Positions 41,140 through 53,639 of a stretch of DNA of 64,000 bases are shown piece by piece (position 1 is the first letter of the stretch; each line of letters opens with the position of its first letter). The notes beneath the pieces were generated by a model that had not been told where the DNA came from, ran no database searches, and was given only the letters and a program-made list of their open reading frames with translations. The stretch is taken from assembly GCF_009914755.1 (NCBI RefSeq), contig NC_060925.1. One strand, 5' to 3'. This stretch comes from the human T2T-CHM13v2.0 reference genome, Homo sapiens. Made by a program: the position numbers and the translations under genes.

Positions 41140-41440
41140 AGGTGTGGCTGTAGCCCAGGAATAGTCAGGGAAGCAGATAATTTAGTTAAAATATCTCAGC
41201 CTAATAAGGGAACTGGGCAGGTGGGGATAACTAAAAGGAGTGCTTAAAAGAGTATTGTCTAAGTTGGCACCAGAGCTGGGGAGTTTTAAGAGGTTTAGAA
41301 GCCTGGCTGTCAATACCTACAACAGTTATGGAGGCAAGGGAAACAGGACCTTGAAAAGAAGGTAATGTGGAGTGGGTAGCCTCCGTATTGATTAAGAAGG
41401 TGACAGACTTACTTTCCACTCTGAGAGTTACCCAGAGCAT
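41140..41440 (-). pseudogene. pro: HERV-H protease, inactive
   Basis: VTFLINTEATHSTLPSF: the catalytic DTG motif reads NTE. Confidence 0.8.
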
Positions 41441-41499
41441 CTGTGATGGTCTTGTAGGCTTCCGAGGCGATCGAGCAGTGTCAGTCTTCAGCTGCTAAG

Positions 41500-42472
41500 C
41501 CAAGAAGATCTGGGAAGGAGTCAGACAGCCTTGGGCCAGAGTTCCAGGGGCTCTGGAAGTGGCTGCCAGGTGAGTTGAACAGTCCGATTTTCAGTGGGGT
41601 CCTGCATAGATGGGACACGGTTTAGGAGGAATCCTGGGCTGTGGGCATTCCTTGACCCAGTGGCTAGGTTTCTGGCACTTGCAGCCAGCTCCTGGGGGAG
41701 GCAGGCCTGGAGAAATGCCTGGCCACTGTGGTTTAGGCATTTGGAAGTTCTTGTGTGCTGGAGATGTGGCTGGGGTTTGTCTCACAGTGGAGGCAAGGAA
41801 TTGCAGCTCAGAAATGTTGCTACTTGGCTGCCTCTACTGTATTATTGTACACCTTGAAGGCAAGGTTAATTAAGTCCTGTTGTGGGGTTTGAGGGCCAGA
41901 ATTTAATTTTTGGAGTTTTATTTAATGTCAGGAGCGGATTGGGTAATAAAATGTATATTGAAAATAAGACGGCCTATTGCCCTTTTAGGGTCTAGGGCTG
42001 TAAAGCGTCTCAGGGTTGCTGCCGAATGAGCCATGAACTGGGCTGGGTTTTTCATACTTGATGAAAGAGCCTAAATGCTAACAGATTTGGGAGAGGTCAG
42101 ATAAAGAAAAGAGAGCATTAACCTTGACTATGCCTTTAGCTCCAGCCATCTTTTTAAGAGGAAATTGCTGGGCAGGTGGGGGAGGGCTGATCCCGGAACG
42201 AAATTGTAAGCTGGACCAGGTGTGAGGAGGGGAGGTGATAAAAAGATCATAGGGTGGAGGAGCAGAGGCTGAGGAGGAATTGGGACCTAGCTTGGCCTGG
42301 GGAGGAGGGGAGAGGTCAGATGGGTCTGTAGAAAAGGAAGATTAGAAAGACTCAGCGACACTTGGGGTTGGGACTGAGGGGACAGGCGGGAGGGAAAGAA
42401 GGAAGATTTGGGATGAGTTGCATTGGGCACAGAGACTACGGAGGGACCGATGTGTAAAAGAATGCCTGGACG
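41500..42472 (-). pseudogene. gag: HERV-H gag remnant, 5' part deleted
   Basis: CKCQKPSHWVKEC and CPIYAGPH zinc-knuckle remnants; begins at the VQAFF motif next to the LTR remnant. Confidence 0.8.
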
Positions 42473-42583
42473 TGATGGCTTGGCTTGGGTTCAGAGGCCT
42501 GACAGTTACCTCTTTTTTGGTGTGGTGAGGGTACCTAAAATCTACTCTCTTAGCAACTTTTCAGTATATTATTACTAACTATA

Positions 42584-42949
42584 GGTATTAGTTGTTCTCA
42601 CACTGCTAATAAAGACATACCTGAGACTGGGTAATTTATAAAAAAAAAAAAAAGAGGTTTAATGGACTCCCAGTCCCACATGGCTGGGGAGGCCTCACAA
42701 TCATGGCAGAAGACAAAGGAGGAGCAAAGAGACTTCTTACATGGCGGCAGGCAAGAGAGTGTGTGCAGGGGGACTCCTCTTTAGAAAACCATCAGATCTC
42801 ATGAGACTTATTCACTACCATGAGAACAGGGTGGAGAAACCACACCTATGATTCAATTATCTCCCACTGAGCCCCTCCCTCAACACATGGGAATTATGGG
42901 AGCTACAATTCGAGATGAGATTTGGTGGGGACACAGCCAAACCACATCA
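42584..42949 (-). mobile_element. THE1 (MaLR) solo LTR
   Basis: TATTAG..CACACTGCTAATAAAGACATACCTGAGACTGGG..GGGGACACAGCCAAACCACATCA; TSD CTATA. Confidence 0.9.
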
Positions 42950-42954
42950 CTATA

Positions 42955-43495
42955 GCCCTCCCACTGTACATCTCCTACACTTATTTATTCTAACTGCAAA
43001 TTTGTACCCTTGGATCTCCTTCTTCCTTTCCCTGTCCCCTATAACCACTATTCTACATGGTTTCTATTTTTTTGATGTTCTTAAAGATTCTATATATAAT
43101 TGAGATAAAAGAGTGTGTTTCTTTCCGTGTCTGGCTTATTTCGCTTAGCATAATGTCTTCCATGTTGTTGCAAACGGTAGTATCTTCTTTATAAAATAAT
43201 ATTTCCTTGTATACATACACTACCATTTATTTTTTATAACTAAATTTATTTTAGATTCAGGAGTACATGTGCATATTTATTTCATGAATATATTTCATGC
43301 TGGGGGGTGGGTGGGGGGCTTGGATTTCTATTGTACCCATTACCCAAATCGTGAACATGGTACCTGATAGGTAATATTTCAACCCTCATGTTCCCCCCCA
43401 CCTTTGGAGTTCTCAGTTTCAATTATTTCCATCTTTATGTCCATCTTACCCATTGTTTAGCTCCCACTTATTGGTGAGAATCTGCTATATCACAA
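42955..43495 (-). mobile_element. L1MA continuation plus an L1P 3'-end fragment
   Basis: CTGGCTTATTTCGCTTAGCATAATGTC; TTTAGCTCCCACTTATTGGTGAGAA. Confidence 0.7.
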
Positions 43496-43496
43496 T

Positions 43497-43798
43497 TTCT
43501 TTCTTTTTTTTTTTTTTGAGTGTTTTCACTCTTACTACCCAGCTGGAGTGTGCAATGGCACTATCTCAGCTCACTACAACCTCTGCCTCCCAGATTCAAG
43601 TGATTCTCCTGCCTCAGCCTCCTGAGTGGCTGGGATTACAGGCACCCACCACCATGCCTGGCTAATTTTTGTATTTTTAGTAGAGACAGGGTTTTGCCAT
43701 GTTGGCCAGGCTGGTCTCCAACTGCTAACCTCAGGTGATCCACACACCTGGGCCTCCCAAAGTGCTGGGATTACAGGCATGAGCCACTGTGCCCAGCC
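43497..43798 (-). mobile_element. AluS
   Basis: Reverse Alu; TSD ACAATTTCTT. Confidence 0.92.
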
Positions 43799-43994
43799 AC
43801 TACAATTTCTTTATCAATTCCTGAATAGACATTTCTCCAAAGAAGACATAGGGTTCAGTCTTGATATTATACATTCTATGGTTTTGAACAAATATACAAT
43901 GATGTGTGCCACTGTTATAGTATCACACAGAAAAGATTCACTGCCCTGAAAATTCTCTGTGTTCTGCCTATTTATCTCTTCCTTTCCCCTAACC

Positions 43995-44526
43995 CAGCGA
44001 CCCCCAGCCTTTTTGGCACCAGGGACAAGTTTCTTAGAAGACAATTTTTCCAAGGACTGGGGTGGGTGGGGGCGGGGGATAGTTTTGGGATAATTTCAGT
44101 GTGTTACATTTATTGTACACTTTATTATTTTTAGATTGTAATATATAATGAAATCATGATACAACTCACCATAACGTAGAATCAGTGACAGCCCTGAGAT
44201 TGTTTTCCTGCAATCAGACGGTCCCATCTGGGGGTGATGGCAGACAGTAACAGATCATCAGGCATTAGATTCTCATAAGGAATGCAAAACCTAGATCCCT
44301 TGCATGTGCAGTTCACAATAGGGTTCACGCTCTTATGAGAATCTAATGCCGCTGTTCATCTGACAGGTGTAGGAGCTCAGGAGGTGATGCGAGCGATGGG
44401 GAGCATCTGTAAATGTGGAAGAAGCATCGCTCACTTGCCCACAGCTCACCTCCTGATGTGCGGCCTGGTTCCAAACAGGCCATGGACTGGTACTGGTCTG
44501 TGGCCCCAGGGGGTGGGAGACCCCTG
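43995..44526 (+). mobile_element. MER1A (hAT-Charlie) DNA transposon
   Basis: CAG..CCCCAGCCTTTTTGGCACCAGGGAC to GGGAGACCCCTG termini; degenerate 8-bp TSD CCCTAACC/CCCTAATG. Confidence 0.85.
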
Positions 44527-44529
44527 CCC

Positions 44530-47500
44530 TAATGCTGAAGGACATTTTGGTTGCTTCCACGTTTTGGCAATCATGAATAAAGCCGCTATAAGCATATGTG
44601 TGTAGGTTTTTTTGTGGACATAGGTTTTCAATGCCTTTGGATAAATATCAAAAAGAACAATTGCTGAATCATATGGTAGGAATATGTTTCATTTTGAAAG
44701 AAAGTACCAAACTGTCTTCCAAAGAGGCTATACCATTTTGCAATGCCACCAGCAATGAACAAAAGTTCCTGTGGCCTCACATCTTTGCCAGCATTTTGTA
44801 TTGTCAGTCTTCTGGATTTTGGTCATTCTAGTAGGCCTGTGGTGGTATCTTATTGTTTTAATTTGCAATTCCCAAACGACATACGATGCTGAACATCTCT
44901 TCATATACTTATTTGTTATCTGCATATCTTCTTTGATGAGGTGTCCATTCAGATATTTTGTTCATTTTTAAAATCAGGTTGGTTTTTTTTTATTATTGTT
45001 GAGTTTTAAGAAGTCTTTGTATATTTTGAATAATACTCCTTTATCAGACAGGCCTTCTGCAAATATTTTCTCCCAGTCTACGGTTTGTCTTCTCACTGAC
45101 TTGGCAGTCTCTTTTGCAGAGAAGTTTTAAATTTTAATCAAGTCTAGCTTATCGATTATTTCTTTCATGAATCTTGCTTTTAATGTTTTGTCAAAATAGT
45201 AACATAGGCAAAGTCATCTAGATTCTTTCCTATGTTACCTTCTAGAAGTTTAATAGCTTTGAATTTCACATTTACATCTATGATCCATTTTGAGTTAATT
45301 TTTTGTGAAGGGTGTAAGGCCAGTGTCTAGATTCATTTTTTTCTTTGTGTGTGGATGTCCAGTTGCAACGTTTGATGAAAAGACTATCTTTGCTCTGTTG
45401 TATTGTCTTTGCTTATTTGTCAAAGTTCAATTGACTATATTTATATAGTCTGGGCTTTCCACTCTGTTCCATTGATCTGTTTGCTTGTTCTTTTGATACT
45501 GTACTGTCTTAATGACTGTAGCTTTGTATTAATAGTATATCTTGAAGTTAGATACTGTCAGTCTTCTGACTTTTTGTTCTTTTGTTCTCTTTGTTTATGA
45601 GTTTATCATAAAACAGTGTTTTCCTTCAATATTGTGTTGGCTAATCTGGATCTCTTGCCTCTCTGTATAAACTTTAGAATTAATTTTTTGATAACCACAA
45701 AATAACTTGCTGGCATTTTGATTGGGATTGCATTGATCTAGAGATAAAGTTGGGATCTATAGATAAAGTTTTTTATCTATAGGGTATTAGGTATTTCCTT
45801 TCCCCCAGGTTGATTAGGTTCTGATAGAAACTATACAGGTTAGGCTATGATAGAACATAGTCATTAGTATTGACACCTTGACAATATAGAGCCTTCCTGT
45901 TCATGAACATGGAGTAACTTCCCATTTACTTAGTTCTTTGATTTCTTTCATCAGAGTTTTGTAGTTTTCCCCATGTAGATGACACATATTTTGTTAGATG
46001 TATATTTCTGTATTTTATTTGTGTGTGTGTGTGTGTGTTGCTAATGTAAATGGCATTGTGTTTTTAATTTCAAATTCTACTTGTTTATTGCTGGCAAAAA
46101 GGGAAGTGATTGACTCTTGTATACTAACCTTGCATCCTACAACCTTGTTATAATTGCTTATTTGTTGATTTTTGAAAAGAATTTCTAGGTAGATAGTCAT
46201 TCTGCCTGCAAACAATGACAGTTTTATTTCTTCCTTCCCAATCAGTATACCTTTTATTTCCTTTTCTTGTCTTATTGCATTAGGTAGAAATTGCAGCATA
46301 ATGTTGAAAGGGAGTGGTGAGCGAGCACATCATACCTTTTTGATCTTAGCAGGAAGGCTTCTATTTTCTCACCATTAAGTACCATGTTAGCTTCAGGTTT
46401 TTGCAGATGTTCTTTATCAAGTTGAGTAATTTCCCCTCTATTCCTAGTTTGCTGAGAGTTTATCATAAAACGGTGTTAGATTTGACAAATGCTACTTCTG
46501 CGTCTATTGAAATGATTATGTGATTTTCCTTTAGCCTGCTTATTTGATGGATTACATTAATCAATTTTCAAATGTTAAACCAGCTTTGCATACATGGGAT
46601 AAGTCTCACTGGGTCATGTGTATAATTATTTTTATACATTTTTGGATTTGATTTGTTAATATTTTGTTAAGGATTTTTACATATATGTTCATGAGAGATA
46701 TTGATCTGTAGTTTTCTTCTTTTCCTGCAATGACTTTGTCTGGTTTGGGTACTAGGGTAATGCTGATAATGACTTTGGAAGTTTTCTATGTGAGCTTGAG
46801 AGGAAAGTGTATTCTATTGCTGTTGAATGAAGTAGTCTATAAATGTCAGTTACATCAGTTGATTGATGGTGCTATTGAGATCAGTTGTGTCCTTACTGAT
46901 TTTCTGCCTGCTAGATTTGTACACTTCTGATGGCAGAGTGTTGCAGTCTCCAACTCTAACAATAGATTAATCTATTTCTTGTAGTTCTGTCAGTTTTTTG
47001 CCTTGCATATTTTAACTTTCCGTTTTTAGGCACATACATGTTAAAGATTGTTACATCTTCTTGGAGAATTGACTCTTTTATCATCATGCAATGCCCCTCT
47101 TTATTTTTGATAAGTTTCCTTACTCTGAAATCTACTCTGTCTGAAATTGATATAGCTCCTCCAGCTTTCTTTTGATTATTGTTTGCATGGTATATTTTTT
47201 CTATCCCTTTACTTTTAATATATGTGTGTCTTCATATTTAAAGTGGGTTTCTTGTAGACAATATATAGTTGTTTTTAAAAAATCTACTCTGACAATCTGT
47301 CTTTTAATTGCTGTATTTAGATCATTGATGTTTAAGTGATTATGGATACAATTGGACTAATATCTATCATATTTGTTACCGTTTTCTATTTATCACTCTT
47401 GTTCTTTGTTTTATTTTTGTCTTTCACTTTTTTCCTGCCTTTCATGATTTTAATTGAGCATTTTACATAATATCATTTTAATCTCCCAGCATATAAATTA

Positions 47501-50445
47501 TACATTTTAAAACTTTTTTTAATAGTTGCCCTAGAATTTGCAATTTATATTTAAAAGCAATCCAAGTCCGCTTTCAAATAACACTATACCACTTCATGGG
47601 TAGTGCAAGTACAAAATATTCCTAATTCCTTCCTCTCATTCTTTATATTATAACAGTTGTTTATTTCACTTATACATAAGCTATAATCACTGAATACATT
47701 GTTGCTATTATTTTGAACAAACTGCTATCTGTGAGATCAATTAAAAATAAGAAAAATAAAAGTTTTTATTTTACTTTCACTTACTTCCTCTATAATACTC
47801 TTCCTTTCTTTAAGTAGATCTGAGTTTTTGATCTATATTATTTTCTTTCTCTCTAAAGAACTTCTTTTTGCCCTGTCTTACAAGGCAGATCTAGCAGCAA
47901 CAAACTCAATTTTTGTTTGTTTGAGGTTGTCTTTATTTATCTTTCATTTTTGAAGGATAATTTTGCAGGATACAGAATTCTAGCCTGGTCATTTTTTCTC
48001 TCAATACTTTAAAATACTTCAGTCTAGTCTTTTCTCGCTTGCATGGTTTCTGAGAAGTCAGATGTAATTCTTGTCTTTGCTCTTCTACAGTTAAGGTTTT
48101 TTATTTCCCCTTCTGGCTTTTTTCAAGATTCGTTCTTCATCTCTGGTTTTCTGAAGTTTGAATTTGATATGTCTTTGTGTCTTTTTTGGGCATTTATCTT
48201 GTTTGGTGGTCTCTAAGCTTCTAGGATTTGCGGTTTTGTGTCTGATGTAAATTTTGGGGAAATTCTCAGTCATTGGTGCTTCAAATCTTTATTTCTCTTT
48301 TTATTTTCCTCTGGGATTCCCATTACATATATGTTATACCTTTCATAGTTGTCCCACAGGTCTTGGTTTTCTGTTGTTGTTGTTGTTGTTGGTTTTTTTT
48401 TTTTTTTTCAGTCTTTTATCTTTGGTTTTCAGGTTTGGAACTTTCTATTGACATGTTCTCAACCTGAGGATTCTTTCCTCAGCCATGTCCAGGATATGAA
48501 TGAGCTTATCAAAGACTTCTTAATTTATGTTACAGTGTCTTTGATTGTTAGCTTTTCTTCTAGTTTTTTTCCCCGTAGAGTGTAACCTCTCTGCTTACAT
48601 TACCCATCTGTTTTTGCACTAATATGGTTTGGCTGTGTCCCCACCCAAATCTCATCTTGTAGTTCCCATAATCCCAACGTGTGTGGGAGGGACTTGGTGG
48701 GAGATAATTAAATTATGGGGGCAGCTACCCCCATGCTGCTTTTTCGTGATAAAAGGGAACAGCAGTGAGTGAGTTCTCATGAGATCTGGTGGTTTTATAA
48801 GGGGCTTTTCTCCCTTTTACTTGGCACTTTTCTTTGCTGCCACCATGTGAAGAAGAACATGTTGCTTTCTCTTCTGCCATGATTGTAGTTTCCTGAGGCC
48901 TCCCCAGTCATCCTGAACTGTGAGTCAATTAAACCTCTATCCTTAATAAACTACCCAGCCTTGGATATGTCTTTATTAGCAGCATGAGAACAGATTAATA
49001 CATGCGTGTTTTCTACTTTTTCCAGTGGAGCCTTATCCTGTTTCTCATAGTTGTTTTATATTTTCAGTCTCTTAATTTCAACATTCCTGCCATATTGAGT
49101 CTAGTTCTGATGCCTGCTCTCTGTCTTTAAACTGTTTTTTCTGCCTTTAAATAAGACTTGCAATTTTTTTGCTGAAAGGCAGACATGATGTGCTGAAGAA
49201 AAGGCACTGAGCTAAGTGGGTTTTAGTGATGAGATGGTGAGGTCAGGGGAGGGGAAGGATTCTATAATCCTGTGAGCCAGTCTCAGCCTTTTGGTGGGCC
49301 TGTGACCCTGGGCTATGAACTTCATCAGTGCTTCTAATGGAGCATTTTATATAATATCATTCTTCCCTTAGGTGGAAGAGGATGGGGGGTGGGGTGGGGA
49401 GTACTGGAGTTGGGCATTTCCTTTTCCCCAGGCTGATTAGGTTTTGATGAAACCTATATAACTTAGGCTATGACAAAACAATTTCTCTTGAGGGTTGTTA
49501 AAAAAAAAACCCAGAAAACTCTGATATATTACAGATTGGTTACTTTCCCCCTCCTTCCTTCAGAAAGTAAAATAGAATTTTTCTTTAATCTTCACTATAA
49601 GAACCTAATAGAGTCCCTGGAGGTAAAATGCTCAATAGTGTGGAGGCTGCCCGAGGTGTAATTCTCAGACTCGTCCACACTGAGCCTCCAGCAATTCATC
49701 CTTTGCAGTTTAGGGTTTCCTTTCCTGGCACCAGTTCCTGCAGGGGTTTCTGCTCTAGTAAGTTCTGGTTTTCTGTGTTGGCCTGCTGTCTCTCTCCAAT
49801 TTGGGGGACAGTAGTTTGCCTTGTGATCTCACTTCTCTGATGGATCTAAGAAGAGTTGTTGATTTTTCAGTTTGGTCAAGTTTTCACTTGTTGTTAGGAT
49901 GGGGTAGTAACTTCCAAACTCCTTATATGCCAATGGGAAATCAGAAGTCTATCTTCTTTGCCCATTTTAAAATTGGTGTACCTATCTTTTCATTGTTGAG
50001 TTGTAAGTATTCTTTATATGTTCTGGATAAAAATATCCCTTATATAGATGTAGGATTTGCAAATATTTTCTGCTATTTTGTAGGTTTTCTTTTAACTTTC
50101 TTGATGGGATTCTTTGAAACACAAAAGTTATTAATTTTGATGAAGCCCAATTTATCTATCTCTTCTTTTATTGCTAGTGCTTTTGGTGTTGCGTCAAAAA
50201 AAATTCTTAACACACAGCATAAGCATGAACTTTACTGCTATGTTTTCTCCTAGAAGAATCATAACTTTAGTTCTTACATTTATGTCTTTGATCTATTCAA
50301 GTTAATTTTGCATATGATATGAGGTAGGGGTCCAATTTTATTCTCTTGCATGGGAATATACAGTTTTTCTAGCACCATTTGTTGAAAAGATTAGTCTTTA
50401 ACCATAAAATGGCCTTGATACTCTTGCCAAAATTAAATGAACATA
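44530..50445 (-). mobile_element. Ancient L1M mosaic (ORF2, ORF1 and 5' region pieces)
   Basis: Minus-strand peptides NAIRQEKEIKGILIGKEEIKLSLFA (ORF2) and MTENFPK..RHIKFKLQKT (ORF1); T-rich + strand. Confidence 0.85.
48620..49002 (+). mobile_element. THE1/MSTA-type solo LTR
   Basis: ATATGGTTTGGCTGTGTCCCCACCCAAATCTCATCTTG to GAGAACAGATTAATACA; degenerate TSD TGCAC/TGCGT. Confidence 0.9.
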
Positions 50446-50845
50446 AATGTGGGGTCCTATCTTTAGCCTCCTTAAACAAAACAACTATCAGCCAGGAATT
50501 TTGTATCTAGAGAAACTAAGCTTCATAAACGAAGGAAAGATAAAGCCTTTATCAGACAAACAAATGCTTAGAGAATTTACCACTACCAAGCCAGCACTAC
50601 AAGAACTGCTAAACGGAGTTCTAAGTCTTGAAACAAAACCTTGAAATACAGCAAAATAGAACCTCTTTAAAGCATAAATCTCAGGGGCCTATAAAACAAT
50701 AACACAAAGAAAAAATGAGGTATAAAGACAACAACAAGCACAATGTATAGAATAGTACCTCACATCTCAATGCTAATGTTGAATGTAAATGGCCTAAATA
50801 CTCCACTTAAAAGATGCAGAACGGCAGAATGAATAAGAATTCACC

Positions 50846-51181
<336 letters not shown>

Positions 51182-53286
51182 TTAAGTTAAAAGGATGTAA
51201 AAAGATATTCCATGCAAATGGACACCGAAAGGAAGCAGGAGTAGCTATTCTTAAATCAGATAAAACAGACTTTAAAGCAACAACAGTTTAAAAAGACAAA
51301 AAAGGACATATAATGATAAAAGGACTAGTCCAACAGGAAAATATCACAATCCTAAATATATGTACACCTAACACTAGAGCTCCCAAATTTATAAAACAAT
51401 TACTACTAGACCTAAGAAATGAGATGGTTGGCAACACAATAATAGGGGAACCTCAATACTGCACTGTCAGTACTAGACAGGTTATCAAGATAGAAAGTCA
51501 GCAAAGAAACAACGGACCTAAACTATAACTTAGAACAAATGAACTTAACAGATGTTTACAGAACATTCTACCCAACAACTGCAGAATATACACTCTATTC
51601 ATCAGCACATGGAACGTTCTCCAAGATAGACCATATGACAGACCACAAAACAAGTCTCAATACATTTAAGAAAATCAAAATTATATCAACTACTCTCTTA
51701 GACAACAGTGGAATAAAATTGAAAATCAACTCCAGATAAACCCTCAAAATAATGCAAAATTATGGAAATTAAATAATCTGCTCCTGAATGAACACTGGGT
51801 CAACAATGAAATTGAGACAGAAATTTTAAAAAATTTTGAACTGAACAACAATTGTGATACAACCTAGTAAACCTCTGGGATACAGCAAAAGTGGTGCTGA
51901 GAGGAAAGTTCATAGCGTTAAATGTCTACATCAAAAAGCCTGAAACAGCACAAATAGACAGTCTAAGGTCACACCACAAGGAACTAGAGAAAAAAGAACA
52001 AACCAAACCCAAACCCAGCAGAAGAAAAGAAATAACAAAGATCAGAGCAGAATTAAATGAAATTGAAACAATAACAAAAAATCATACAAAAGATAAATGA
52101 AACAAAAAGCTGGTTCTTTGAAAAGATAGACAAAATTGATAGACCATTAGCGAGATTAACCAATAAAAGAAAGAAGGTCCAAATAAGCTCAATTAAAAAT
52201 GAAGTGGGAGATATTACAATCAATACTTCAGAAATACAAAATATAATTCAAGGTTACTATGAACACCTTTATGTGAACAAACTAGAAAATCTTCAACCCT
52301 GCAATAGAAACTCTGAAAAGACCAATAACAAGCAGTGAGATTGACATGTTAATAAAAAAATTGCCAATAAAAAATATCCAGAACCAGATGGTTTCAAAGC
52401 TGAATTCTATAAGACATTCAAAGAAGAACTGGTACCAATCCTACTGACACAATTTCAAAAGATAGAGAAATAGAGAATCCTCCCTAAATCATTCTACAAA
52501 GCCAGTATCACCCTAATACCAAAACCAGAAAAGGACATAACAAAAAAAGAAAACTACAGACCAATATCCCTGATGAACATAGATGCAAAAATCCTCAACA
52601 AAATACTAGCTAACTGAGTCCAACAGCATATCAAAAGATAATCTATCACAATCAATTGGGTTTTATACAAGGGATGTAGGGATGGTTTAACATACACAAG
52701 TCAATAAATGTGATATACCACATAAACGGCATAAAAAAAACCGCATGACTACCTCAAAAGACACAGAAAAAGCATTTGACAAAATTCAGCATCTCTTTAT
52801 GATTAGAACCCTTAGCAAAATTGGCATAAAAGGGACATACTCTAAGGTAATAAAAACCATCTATGATAAAGCCACAGCCAACATTATACTGAATAGGGAA
52901 AAGTTGAAAGCATTCCCCTGAGAACTGGAAAAAGACAAAGATGCCCACTCTCACACTTCTATTCAACATAGTACACAAGTTCTAGCCAGAACAATCAGGC
53001 AAGAGACAGAAATAAAGGACATCCAAGTCAGTAAAGAGGAAGTAAAACTGTTACTTTTCACCAATGATATACTCATATACCTAGAAAACCCTAAAGACTC
53101 ATCAAAAAAACTTCCTAGATCTGACAAACGAATTCAGTAAATTTTCAGGATACAAAATCAATGTACACAAATTAGGAGCACTGCTATACACCAAAACGAC
53201 CAAGCTGAGAATCAAATCAAGAACTCGACCCCTTTTACAATAGCTCCAAAAAAAAATAAAATAAAATACTTGGGAACATACCTAAC

Positions 53287-53639
53287 AGTATTAGTCCAGT
53301 TTCACACTGCTGATAAAGACATACCCAAGACTGGGCAATTTACAAAAGAAAGAGATTTAATGGACTTATAGTTCCTTATGACTAGGAAGGCCTCACTATC
53401 ATGGTGTAAGGTGAAAGGCAAATCTCACATGGCAGCAGACAAAAAAGAGCTTGTGCCGGGAAACTCCCATTTTTAAAACCATCAGATATCCTGAGACTTA
53501 TTCACTATCATAAGAACAGCACAGGAAAGATCCACCCTCATGATTCCGTTATCTCCCACTGGGTCCCTCCCACAACACGTGAGAATCATGTGAGCTACAA
53601 GATGAGATTTGGGTGGGGACACAGAGCCAAACCACATTA
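53287..53639 (-). mobile_element. THE1 solo LTR inside L1PB ORF2
   Basis: GTATTAGTCCAGTTTCACACTGCTGATAAAGACATACCC to GCCAAACCACATTA; TSD CTAAC/CTAAA. Confidence 0.9.

Larger units (their letters stand above)
35961..42504 (-). mobile_element. HERV-H provirus (gag-pro-pol-env), defective, lacking the 3' LTR and almost all of the 5' LTR
   Basis: Recognisable HERV-H gag zinc knuckles, pro, RT, RNase H, integrase and env. About 32 bp of LTR7 start at 42473-42504, PPT at the left end, TSD GTTAC at 35956-35960 and 42505-42509. Confidence 0.95.
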
